A DNA stretch of 64,000 nt from the NCBI GenBank assembly GCA_020184695.1, contig JAANOX010000280.1, forward strand, positions 496,001 through 560,000, written 5' to 3'. The DNA is from Histomonas meleagridis 2922-C6/04-290x. Lineage: Eukaryota > Protista > Parabasalia. Both the position numbers and the translations under genes were made by a program. This document shows, one piece after another, positions 42,101 through 50,217 of the stretch; the first letter of the stretch is position 1, and each line of letters opens with the position of its first letter. The notes under the pieces were generated by a model. It was not told the DNA's origin. It did no database searches and was given only the letters and a program-made list of their open reading frames with translations.

Positions 42101-45100
42101 TTTAAATAGTGTTTTAATGCCTTCAGTACCTACAATTGAAGATGCATTAAACTTATTACAAAACTTAATTCCTTTATTTGATGATTTTATGAATGAAGTT
42201 AATAATTATGTTAATAATGGTAAATTAGATGAAAATGTTAAAAGTGAATTATTAAGATGGAATTATATTGTATCAAATAATGTTAATTTAATTAGAGACT
42301 TATTATCAAATTTCAATTATAATTCAGCATTAAAATGTAAAAATATTTTAATTGATTTAATGAGTCAATTCCCTTCAATACCTCCATATGTACATAAATT
42401 CTTAACAACAGAACAAATTAAATCACTTTCTATCAAATTAGGTAAAGCTTATAATCAAACACAATATATAATTGATTGTATTCGTAGTTTATCATCCACT
42501 GAACAAATTAAATTAGATGAAACTATATTTAAGAAGATCGAAAATGATAATGAAATTATTGAATCCATTAATTTAGTTATTAAACAATATATTGAATATC
42601 GAAAACTAATAATTAATGCACAACAATTACCACAATTAATTAGTCGACCGTTTACTAAACAATTATTCCAAGAAATGATTGAATTAATTGGAAATTATGA
42701 AGAAGAATTTAAACAAAATATTTCAGATGAAGATAAAATCATTGAAATATTAAAGAAATGTAAAGCAAGTATACCACAATTAACTTATTCAACTGATTTA
42801 ATTGCACCTATTATAGGTTTACCAAAACTTTTAGATTCATTTAAGAATTATGCAAATAATATAAATGTTTTACTTAAACAATTAACAAATCCACATTTGA
42901 ATTATAATTCATCACTTGAATTTATTAAGTTAATTAAACCTTATCTTGAATCATTAAATCAAACTCTTAAAGAACGTAACTTATTCCAAAATATAACAAC
43001 ATTATTAAATCTTTCATTAAATCAATTTAATTATGAAGTATCACCGAGTAAATTACAAAGAATTTGTGATGATATATATTCAAATGTTTCATCAATATTA
43101 CCTTCAATTATATCAAATCAAGAAATAGATCAAATTGTAGATTTAATGTTTAGGATTTATGAGATTTGTACACAATATACATCATTACCTCATCAATCAA
43201 TTACATTTACAAGTGAATTGCAATTAAACACACAAATTCTTTCATCTAATGAAATCGATTTACTTACAAAATTAATTGATAATTTATTTGAAGAAGATTT
43301 TAATCATATAACACTAGAATTAAATGAAAATATTTCTGATTGTTTGAATGTTATAAATGAACGACAAAATATTTTACCAAAATATATATCAAATTCAGTA
43401 AATGTTTTATTAAATAATTTAACAACTCAAAATATTATTCCATATTTAAATTCTTATAACTTAATATTAGATACTGATATTGATTTTGAATCTAAATTTA
43501 ATAAATTATTAAAAGTCACATTACAAACAGAAGTTTTTACTGCAAAAATTTTGGAATCAATAAAAATTTCAGTTGATTCAATTAATCAACAATTTGATGA
43601 TACATTAACTAACTCAACAAAAGAACAAATTTATTATTTAGATTTATTAACACAATCATTAAATGAAATTGATTATAATTTATTAATTCATAGTAAATCA
43701 CTTTCTTCAACTATATTAATATATCAAGCAATGCATGATGTCGAAGAATATTTAACGTTATTTCTTTATTCGATGAAAGATCATATATTAATACAATCCA
43801 TTTCACAATTATTATATGATTCGACAATTCAATTTATTGAATATATAAATCAAATCGATAAATCAATTTCAAATATATATTATATATTAATGGAGAAATT
43901 ATTTATTCGTTTAGATGATTATTTACATAATACTAATACGCCTTTAACTGGATTAAACTCATTTATTAGAAAAGCTACAATTTTATTATCTAATCCAAAT
44001 CGAATTCTTTTATTTGATATCAATAATATATTACAATTAAATGATTTATATATATCAAATGATAATATATTAAAAGAAATTCCGAATGATTTAATTAAAG
44101 ATTTAACTCCTTACTTAAATATGTTTGAACCAATACTAAAGATTTGGGCTTCTAAAGAATTTATTGAAAATATTCGATTTTCTATCATATATAATTCATT
44201 TATATCTAAATCATTAATTAATTCATTGTTTAATAATAATACATTAAATCAATCACAAGTTAAATATTCATTTTATTTAGCTAAAACTAAAATTTGTAAT
44301 TTAGAAAATGTTATTAAACATCAAAATATTAATGAAATTATTGAACATATTAAAAGTATTTCAAATTATTCAAGTTATATATTAATAGGAAATTATAATA
44401 AAGATGAAACAAAACAAATCTTCGATTATTTAATTAAAACTTTTGAACAAATTATAAATATTACAGAACAAAAGTTCGAAATTGATTTCTCAAAGTTACA
44501 ATCAATTAACTTGGACATGTTATATGAAAAGGCGCAAAAAGTTATTGAATTACTTAATGATAAATATTTAACAGATATAACTAAATCTGCATTAGAATAT
44601 TTAAATACATTAATTAAAAGAATTAAATCATTACCTATTCAAGAACATAATACCAAAACAAAACATAAAGAACATTCATTTCTATTAGTTCCACTTTTTG
44701 GTGAAAATTCAAATAAATATTCAAATAATTTATTAGAAGAAATTAATAATAATATTAATGTAAAAGTTGATTATAATTATAATGAATTACAATCATTAGT
44801 TTCAGGGTCTTTTGTACATTATATTAGTACATTTAAATTACTTTTATTACAACAATTTCAACTTTCAGAATTTCCACAAGTTTCACAACAATTACAACAA
44901 ATTAAATCAATTGACGATTTATCAAATATTGAACAAAACATTCAATCTATAGAAGAACAATATCAACAAATTAATAATATTAAGAAATTACAAAAACTTC
45001 AAATAAGTTATAATCCAAATCAAATTAAAGTTCAACAATTTTTAATTACAAAAATTATTAAATTTTCAATTAATCAAAAATTTGATAAGTTTTCCGAAGA

Positions 45101-45263
45101 TTATCAACAATTACAAATACAATATTTACAAAAACTATTAGAAAATGAAAATAATTTTAATGAAACATTTAAAGACATTGAAATTAATCATAAAATTAGT
45201 TCCAAATCAGCATTAATTAGATTAATGTCCACAATTATCTACTATATTAATATCATTCATTAA
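33126..45263 (+). CDS. Giant talin-like protein, N-terminal ORF: five tandem FERM modules plus helical rod (4045 aa)
   Basis: Five ~397-aa units, each with (K/R)R(F/Y)F-type and A..kY....r....FG motifs like talin F2 AKVRYVKLARSLKTYG; then about 1800 aa of Leu/Ile/Asn-rich amphipathic sequence. Confidence 0.8.
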   Translation: MEGIIQLATARGSDDPQPQIFNYRGEYTGSQLLTYASFNLKLPIDTNNVIKFIDQKEKTKTVNPDATIESQGIISGMTIYILSRNDLSSIPSRPIFTPEEVTLQSNTGGVYESVIFESNRLKSTFDNNALLSGTLQIPDPEFDTGVSRFEYQEVSDDFNLSEPTDSESAFGGIKASDLINNLGYEDTTSGKNNLTILTYNGFNDTKNAECLYQRSDSFDEVLRTALSFLSIHNRTKYAILLRFSDTEFKWFEPGHFLEEYNPFNRMSLSVFPREIALRIFSQHFSPRPFIIDITRPVRELIETIATQAELSTTYGYSLITREKGHRKKLLNPNSPIPMQVKQFHELYFEKRYFVFSQLDLKDYHTLVQAFIDAKNYFLYKITYPHSADYISLISLSMIIIPPKCPKEEYINHIQEYLPEHIRNTPNIVEGVKEYLANNQTITKSNAIKEYLKIIRLIPGFGCIYYHCRCMTKMNSKKHTKDTNNENKCILILSPIRILVFDVETNNVILEMFYTKITSITNESHKVIINYHKKGGEFSSYTFKLSKDYEDCIVDILEMQNTIKSIIKAKALLRAKGDSNLIIDEDGVNLITPKTLDDSNPKNYTYDITMTGENLLKSVIKNVGIKDATNNEYCLLLKMDVNDNDSYRWIKNDEILADYHVDDGMILYPLQKKQKIQIILTDETKKVTIFDITKTVKDLIKETFKLFKMNELFGYTFFSYEKDKIIPMDSNKTLPEQTKNLTKLLFKRRFFILTRDSLLNKVILAQTFSDVHNYILNENAEMTKEQMFELAILSIYSKAPKGMDQKKILSNIDFKSIFPKKQKVNSSLQSSFQKYANQYPMTKPKVAMRKYLKIARELPKFGSETYHVLYKDITKTKNKKKAKFNEGNFLICPLNIMLVDSSNKEVFNIKYQSIISYKAQSSKMTITFTEDKNKTLTYGFKSDQTTQLIQFMSETMQALRDLIIEQQNREAKERNIIIQRLNGKWVDDNGKLRSPMIDMQLSTDLKVRKGLKKFWFETRLTKQEFLKLLIPVIKLPENKKYSVLFQNGNRYRFLKDDQKIISLKPIRLSYVFILESEPIIKMTNVRLGFEQKSSLVLPIEYIIKDLIPLIAQRFQVSNYYGHTLFYKNEQNVLIPLRYSHTLPEQIQSYDDDNLIFQRRFFYITKEDFIGNNLNVTYSDIVKHISLGIVDISSEMLLELIVCMLAADLNRKLTVSDIPKDLQKYLPKGTSSRSVSNSKLKQYIQDSKIQNKVQAENRYIALSRTLSTFGCESYDGYLLKDLKGNQTHQSIHILVGPKFIFIKETNGKILYQIPYDHYLGLLSINNLISIHYVPENSKYSSYVDIECNQAKILIDFIKTYIIIFEEALIRTSKNIKKDLKHSFNQNRIELSVEYRFNSESKPLKASFNKYDLGKDVAKQTSKYFDCYPDNNYCCLLEYSLDYKRWLPNDQMLGIMRPYNGMKLHLFEKYILVTVSTNSSFKHKIIIDVTKKVKDLIPELAKYFYKDVWIGYCLYAKNESNQLIPLDMQYSIIEQVEKFDDLIFKRRFYNLTKHDLNGPYVASNIYPDFFQQIMFGGLQLTDKQALDHAYTSLYTSSIPEEEVQKRPLPNDISYLFPKDFNIKPNLAKRLEQMKSNNPLDTKTAMVKNIINAQHVNEFGCELFPGTLVNENSDNKKKNTQQILISVGFKGIQLLAFHTKKELASFGYQQIHRIKHTRNNLLIQIPHIKEGELINFKILSNKSESIYLLIDSYINIILPLIEEREELQNKQIESLQKTEEKIGKTINLEVSCQINHPIPLHYIINLEDTGKDIVEKLGTFFLIANRAFYSTLLSKSTKEIIWLNEITKIKSLNPDITDKLYFISQVPEVKVIGPFEQIQENTIDLTETVRSNVKGLIQSFGLRFSDGITLYPLLRDHCPPMIINKTLLEQNVKYDQLIMKRRFYIFPEYIFDDDNSLASIYEDCKSMILNGQIEVSENIALELIVYSMYADSNGSVYFRKSIFDDLTPYLPPNITNNINLTEKFKSLCKTILPMSCRTAQSRYIAAIVPYAGYGVEIHNCKYTDLNKVNQRTNRSTKLYLGPFNIQVSDTISSKIYAFFEYKDIITYVSNSTSVTFEYHDPRHELKRFTLVLDYPNEIMSYIEQMFEYLSWSDYLTTPEMIQAKLLNLIKNDKDTIMKYNIFDDYIESNEQNVIFNEYEGIDFKDEDNCIYNSPQIKDDNNNNNNFEFNPINSPFDLYGSSGKLNDKNYVWRLGEDGLLIDRSLRYLERLENELNDIQNQFDNLTIESFADRLGFIQYIIDQLSEMDLSDEEKQKIENLKRLLQLITENSSIFDDYESNMSMYKGIFVDKIVAMINEINPLRQLLLKDIDRLKNNTNPFGKEDYVDAIVKNLIDTSEGLEMMSQALLNSYKDLKNNDKDPFYYMNTLTTMSEKLTALATIFAETQNVKLLNTSIKHCLNETKEIMKSIYDELKELGIINNEFNEYYDKMLHFIVDVEKLSAKISEVNSNSNKMIYRGDSNAMIESVSILLKIQDIFERNKSYFLTSNDLLNVNINSINEQINNIKEIYTKKFDSIINNPLSFNLYQDVYFKLQRCEKSLTQTYSSVKNNLSNDLMKEFSGLLQYLNNTISGISIFNLTPNKSSAIIEDLSLLFKRYDTLKELDTKCAKMEYASIIEMITKLKDIHFNAQQYQSTFEIYPYRPESIKSIQLILLKLFGLLPKLQKVIQTLDNVSNDSTFLVIFEKLSIDLNNALREKIPNEDINKCQHLQMFLQVQYDTILFANVNYKISMNNSISNDKDLKAGLDRLAKSLTLSYIDLIETREVLNESPFIEKNIKKAISSLNKIESIITTAETYSRLINDTSLSIQYERSLQTLTKDERNAMSILQKTDCVSYRTTPKVDVIKEVIKYLTELINYLTKSLELENIDDDFKDEIEYYKNQNTLLNSEILNNPSLLFYQIVKDIAVHVKSIPVKYLSHIKLITNQTFMKFLNQFHKYLNSVLMPSVPTIEDALNLLQNLIPLFDDFMNEVNNYVNNGKLDENVKSELLRWNYIVSNNVNLIRDLLSNFNYNSALKCKNILIDLMSQFPSIPPYVHKFLTTEQIKSLSIKLGKAYNQTQYIIDCIRSLSSTEQIKLDETIFKKIENDNEIIESINLVIKQYIEYRKLIINAQQLPQLISRPFTKQLFQEMIELIGNYEEEFKQNISDEDKIIEILKKCKASIPQLTYSTDLIAPIIGLPKLLDSFKNYANNINVLLKQLTNPHLNYNSSLEFIKLIKPYLESLNQTLKERNLFQNITTLLNLSLNQFNYEVSPSKLQRICDDIYSNVSSILPSIISNQEIDQIVDLMFRIYEICTQYTSLPHQSITFTSELQLNTQILSSNEIDLLTKLIDNLFEEDFNHITLELNENISDCLNVINERQNILPKYISNSVNVLLNNLTTQNIIPYLNSYNLILDTDIDFESKFNKLLKVTLQTEVFTAKILESIKISVDSINQQFDDTLTNSTKEQIYYLDLLTQSLNEIDYNLLIHSKSLSSTILIYQAMHDVEEYLTLFLYSMKDHILIQSISQLLYDSTIQFIEYINQIDKSISNIYYILMEKLFIRLDDYLHNTNTPLTGLNSFIRKATILLSNPNRILLFDINNILQLNDLYISNDNILKEIPNDLIKDLTPYLNMFEPILKIWASKEFIENIRFSIIYNSFISKSLINSLFNNNTLNQSQVKYSFYLAKTKICNLENVIKHQNINEIIEHIKSISNYSSYILIGNYNKDETKQIFDYLIKTFEQIINITEQKFEIDFSKLQSINLDMLYEKAQKVIELLNDKYLTDITKSALEYLNTLIKRIKSLPIQEHNTKTKHKEHSFLLVPLFGENSNKYSNNLLEEINNNINVKVDYNYNELQSLVSGSFVHYISTFKLLLLQQFQLSEFPQVSQQLQQIKSIDDLSNIEQNIQSIEEQYQQINNIKKLQKLQISYNPNQIKVQQFLITKIIKFSINQKFDKFSEDYQQLQIQYLQKLLENENNFNETFKDIEINHKISSKSALIRLMSTIIYYINIIH

Positions 45264-45312
45264 AAATAATCCAACAATATTTAAATATATTAAAACTAGT
45301 GATGGAGAATTA

Positions 45313-48300
45313 ATGTTAACATATGAATTAACTACACAACAACTTATCGAAAACCAACAATTAATTCAACAACAAATTCAAGCATTATCAAATCCAACGA
45401 CATTAAATTATATCCAAAATTATTTAACATTAGATCAAATAATAATCCAAACACGAATTATATATCATATCTTTAAGTTAATTTTAGAAAATAATTATAA
45501 CGAATCAAATGATCCGTTATCATTACTTAAATCATTGATTATATTACAAAGTAATGTTAATAAAGAAAATCCATCAGTTTTATCAACAAAAGAATTTATT
45601 GACTTAGATTTAATTGATCAAATACAAGATAAATTAAAGTTTGAATTTGTTCAATATTTAATATGTGAAAAATTATATTACATTTATAATAAAAGTAATT
45701 CAAAGATTAATAATCAATTAAATGTATATGAAATGAAACAATTAATTCCAAAATTATTTGATAAAAATATTAATGTTAATGATAATAAAATTGTAACATG
45801 TTCATATCAATTATTAAATTGTATTTTATCAAATAATAATAATTTATATGTTAAATTTGATGATTTATCATTCCAATCATTATATCAAACAGAACAAATT
45901 AAATCATTAGAAAATATTAATGTATTTGCAACTAATGATTTCCATCAAATACATTTAGGCTTTGAATCATTTTTATTATCTGAATCACACATTCGTGATA
46001 CGAATTCAATGTATAATTTACTTAAAGATAACAATAAAGTTAATGATTTAGATCAAACTCAACTTATAACTGATCAATTAATGAATTCTATGAATTATTT
46101 ATTAGATAATATTGATGAAGTTATTAAACAATCAAATGAATCCAATGTTAAATCTTATTTGAATAATGAATTAATTAGATATAATCCAGAATTCTTAAAA
46201 GAATATATACCGAATTTAGTAACAAATTCACAAATATTAAATCATATTACATTTTTACTAATGACAAATACAAACAAAGATGAAATTTATGATATTAATA
46301 AATTAGAAAATGAATTAAATGAAATGAAAAATACACAAAACAATTCACAACTTGAATTAGCACAACAAATTATTGATTTAGTTAAATTAATTCCTAATCC
46401 TAAAGTTGAAGAAATTGAATTAAATATTCCTCCAAAAGAAATTTATAATTTCTATTTAATATTACAAAAATTATTACCCGAACGTAATTCCAAAGAAAAC
46501 ATTAAAGAAATAATATCAACTTTAACAGAACAACAAATTTCATCATTAAAACATTATATATATGGAATTATTGATGAGTTAATACATGATAAAGATATCT
46601 TAAATAAACAAATTAATTTTAATCAATTAGAACCAAATATAATTAACAATAATATTCATAAACCAACAGAACGTAAATTATTAATATTATTTGCAAATTC
46701 TATTTCAACATTTATACGATGTTTACCAATCATTACACAAATACCAATAAATGAATGTAACTCATTATTCAGTTTACAAAATTCAACAATATTATCATTA
46801 CTTAAAAGTAGAATGTCAAGTCAAGGAATTGAATTTGATTTAAAGATCAAATCAATTATAGAAATGATACCTTCGTTGTTATCATCATTAATTCGAGTGT
46901 TACCTACATATAATAAGAACATTCATTCATTAATTATTGATGATCCAATACAAATATTATCGAAACTTGAATTATTATTAATATCAACAATTAAATCTGA
47001 TAAACAAAATCATAATAAAGCATTAATCGAATTAACATCAATTTTATCTACATTTAATGCAGTAAATACTAATTCGGATTATACTAATGATTATATATTA
47101 ACTAAATTATTAGATTTGATTTTGTCTATTGATGAAATTGACATTAAACGATTATGTCAAAATGTAATTGAAATTGATGCAATTAGAATTAACTCAATTG
47201 CAATCGAAAAGTCAATTGATTATCTTCAACCAATTTCTAATAAATTATTAATAATTTCAAACTCTTTGTTTGATACATTTGGTCAATCAAATCGAATAAT
47301 TTCAAAAGATTTGAAGAATGCATTAAATGAAATTCGACAATTAAGTATTAAAGTATTAATGAATCAACTCATTAGTCCATATACATTATTTAATTCGATT
47401 AAATCACAAAAAGATATTTTACATTATCTTAATAACGCTTCATTAAATATATTAAAGAATTCTACAAATAACTTTGTAAATGGTAATGCAATCGAAAGAA
47501 GTCATTTAATATCACAAATGATTCAAGTCATATGTAATAGTCAATCAATTGCATCTAAAATATTTGATATTAATTCAACAAATTCATTAAAATTAATGAA
47601 TGATTATTTCATTATACCGAAAAACATTATTAATTCGATTCAAGATTTATTAGCATTCACATCGCAATCTTCATTATCTAAAACATTAATAAAACGAAAA
47701 ACACGTTCATTCTATCGAATGATAAATTCATTAAATGATATCATTGAAGATACAAATTCAAATGAACAAAATGATAATAATAATAATGAATTATATAAAC
47801 ATAAGTTAATATTAATGAAGGATTTGTATCATTTACTTCAAATGTTATTTATAATTATTTCATCACGTGCACTTTCACCTGTTAACGATTTATATTTTTA
47901 TATGATTGAACCAGTACAAAAAGAATTAAATACTATAAATGATAATCTTAAAAATAATATTAAGAAACCTCTTGAATTAAATAAAGATAAAAATCATGGT
48001 GAAATCTTTGAAGAAGAAATGAACAAATTATTTAATTATATCGAAACATTTAATAATTATATATCAAATAATGACTTAAATGAAATTATTAATAAATTCT
48101 CATTGATTCCTTTACAAATTTATATCGTTACACAAATATTATTAAAGCTTACCGACGTTGAATCAGAAGTACCTGATTTCATTTCTTCAAGTAAATTACC
48201 ATTAAACTTTAATTTGCCTTCAATATCATTCGATAACTCAAATGTTAAAATTCAAGAAATTACAAAGAAACTTATTTACAACATTGAAAATCACCAAAAT

Positions 48301-49263
48301 AATTCATTGAAATTTGTACAGGAAATCAGTCAATTGAAAAATTCTGAAATCGTTGAAAATATTCAGAACTTTACGGATCAAATGAATGAAATTTTACTTG
48401 ACATATTGCGGATTTCTACAAAGACTATGACGTTACATATTCAAGCCGAACTTGCATCATTAGCATCATCTATATCACAACAATATCTTACCATAGTTAA
48501 AGGCATTAATGACAAGTTTTTACTTCGTGGCGATTTAACAAATCTTAATAATATGTATAATAAATTAAATGAATTATTTACACAAACAATTAATGTTAGT
48601 AAAGAAGCATCGAAATTGGCTGATGAAGAAGCTAATACTAATGATACAAATTCATTAGCGATAATGTCAATTGTTAAATCATATCAAGAATTAGACATCA
48701 AATATTCGAACCAAAACAATGAAATTTCCAAATTGGATTCGACAATGACTAAAGAATGGTGCAAACAAACGATTGTTATTGGTTCTACTTTATCACGTGC
48801 TGTAACTAAAGTTCTTTTACATGTTAAAGATCATCAACAAACACAAAAACAAAACTTAAATCAAATTTTAACATTTTCTAAAAATGTTTTAACCGAATTA
48901 AATCAAATTAGTTCAATTGTTGATAAAATGCTTAACGAAAAAGTCGAAGAACCCGAAAAATTAATTAGTGACGTAATGAAAGCAATTAATAAATTGGGTA
49001 ATGAGTTCGTAATCAATGACGAAAAATCATTGAAAGAAGGAATTACTTCGATATGTAACGCAGCGTTGTCATTGGCGAAAATGGCGGATTCGTCACTGGA
49101 GGCAAAGACAAAGAAGCGAAGGAAGTCATTAGTAATGAAAGAGAAAGTAAATTCTGTGACAGTGAGAGAAAGATTATTGAAGAGATTGGAGTTGGAATCA
49201 AGAGTTATAAGGGCAAGAATAATATTGGAAAAGTCGGAGGAGAACTTGAAGAAGTTAAACTGA
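45313..49263 (+). CDS. Giant talin-like protein, C-terminal ORF with I/LWEQ (THATCH)-like end (1316 aa)
   Basis: Helical rod ending EWCKQTIVIGSTLSRAV...ITSICNAALSLAKMAD...RLELESRVIRARIILEKSEENLKKLN; frame open from 45226, overlapping the end of the previous ORF. Confidence 0.75.
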   Translation: MLTYELTTQQLIENQQLIQQQIQALSNPTTLNYIQNYLTLDQIIIQTRIIYHIFKLILENNYNESNDPLSLLKSLIILQSNVNKENPSVLSTKEFIDLDLIDQIQDKLKFEFVQYLICEKLYYIYNKSNSKINNQLNVYEMKQLIPKLFDKNINVNDNKIVTCSYQLLNCILSNNNNLYVKFDDLSFQSLYQTEQIKSLENINVFATNDFHQIHLGFESFLLSESHIRDTNSMYNLLKDNNKVNDLDQTQLITDQLMNSMNYLLDNIDEVIKQSNESNVKSYLNNELIRYNPEFLKEYIPNLVTNSQILNHITFLLMTNTNKDEIYDINKLENELNEMKNTQNNSQLELAQQIIDLVKLIPNPKVEEIELNIPPKEIYNFYLILQKLLPERNSKENIKEIISTLTEQQISSLKHYIYGIIDELIHDKDILNKQINFNQLEPNIINNNIHKPTERKLLILFANSISTFIRCLPIITQIPINECNSLFSLQNSTILSLLKSRMSSQGIEFDLKIKSIIEMIPSLLSSLIRVLPTYNKNIHSLIIDDPIQILSKLELLLISTIKSDKQNHNKALIELTSILSTFNAVNTNSDYTNDYILTKLLDLILSIDEIDIKRLCQNVIEIDAIRINSIAIEKSIDYLQPISNKLLIISNSLFDTFGQSNRIISKDLKNALNEIRQLSIKVLMNQLISPYTLFNSIKSQKDILHYLNNASLNILKNSTNNFVNGNAIERSHLISQMIQVICNSQSIASKIFDINSTNSLKLMNDYFIIPKNIINSIQDLLAFTSQSSLSKTLIKRKTRSFYRMINSLNDIIEDTNSNEQNDNNNNELYKHKLILMKDLYHLLQMLFIIISSRALSPVNDLYFYMIEPVQKELNTINDNLKNNIKKPLELNKDKNHGEIFEEEMNKLFNYIETFNNYISNNDLNEIINKFSLIPLQIYIVTQILLKLTDVESEVPDFISSSKLPLNFNLPSISFDNSNVKIQEITKKLIYNIENHQNNSLKFVQEISQLKNSEIVENIQNFTDQMNEILLDILRISTKTMTLHIQAELASLASSISQQYLTIVKGINDKFLLRGDLTNLNNMYNKLNELFTQTINVSKEASKLADEEANTNDTNSLAIMSIVKSYQELDIKYSNQNNEISKLDSTMTKEWCKQTIVIGSTLSRAVTKVLLHVKDHQQTQKQNLNQILTFSKNVLTELNQISSIVDKMLNEKVEEPEKLISDVMKAINKLGNEFVINDEKSLKEGITSICNAALSLAKMADSSLEAKTKKRRKSLVMKEKVNSVTVRERLLKRLELESRVIRARIILEKSEENLKKLN

Positions 49264-49602
49264 TCATAGAGTTCAGCAAATTGAGTTATGATAAAATTTT
49301 TTGATAATTTAGTTTTTTAAAATGTATATCTTTTTAATCAAATATTTGATTTAATCCCATATGAAAACAAATGATATCGAAATTTTTTGTATTTCCTAAA
49401 TTATTGAAATATACACAGTTAAAAACAATTCAATTATAAAAAATGAAATTTAAAATGAATAGAGAGGAATGGATATAAAAGATAAATATCATCAAAATAG
49501 TCTAAAATAAAGTAATATAGAGATATCAGAGAAATTTTGAAAAAAAAATTCAATTGTAAATTACAAGATAACATCATAATATTATCATATTTTTTAAATT
49601 TA

Positions 49603-49624
49603 ATATATATATATATATATATAT
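49603..49624. repeat. (AT)11 microsatellite
   Basis: Read directly from the sequence. Confidence 0.9.
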
Positions 49625-49687
49625 GTTATTTATTTAATGTAAGAGAATTACACTTAAATATAAATAATAATAAGAAAAATATATTTG

Positions 49688-49941
49688 GATGATGATAGAT
49701 GCCAGCGAAAGGCAGTGGATAATAAAGTTGTTTCATTAACGAGAGGTGCTTTATTTTCTTCAATGTTAAGGAGCGTTCGAACAGAAGATCTGCAACTTAA
49801 AAAATTCATTTATCTTTATCTTGTTACATATTCAAGTCAGGAACTAGAACAATCCTTATAGCAGTAAGCACGCTTGTTTCAGGTTGTACTGATCCCAACC
49901 CAATTGTCAGAACTCTAGCATTAAGGACCATGGATTTTTAG
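49688..49941 (+). pseudogene. Beta-adaptin (AP-1/AP-2 beta) N-terminal fragment
   Basis: LFSSMLRSVRTEDLQLKKFIYLYLVTYS and AVSTLVSGCTDPNPIVRTLALRTM match beta-adaptin (LELKKLVYLYL; DCEDPNPLIRALAVRTM); TAG/frame break between the two parts and TAG at 49939. Confidence 0.85.
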
Positions 49942-50217
49942 AGAAAATATTTGTAAGATAATGGACTTGTATTAAAAGAGAAACTTAAATTATGAAACTG
50001 TTAATTTTTAAAGGATATTTTATAACCAAAATTAGTTTATTTATATAATAAACATAGACATCAAGAAAATAGAAGATAAAGAAAAAGAATTTAGTTATTA
50101 ATTAAACAATATTTTCTTTAAGAGGATATGAAAATGTGTTTCAAGTTAAAGATATTTTAAACACCACAAAACAAATTAATTTGATGAAGGTTAAATGTAT
50201 AAAAATTGGTTACAATT

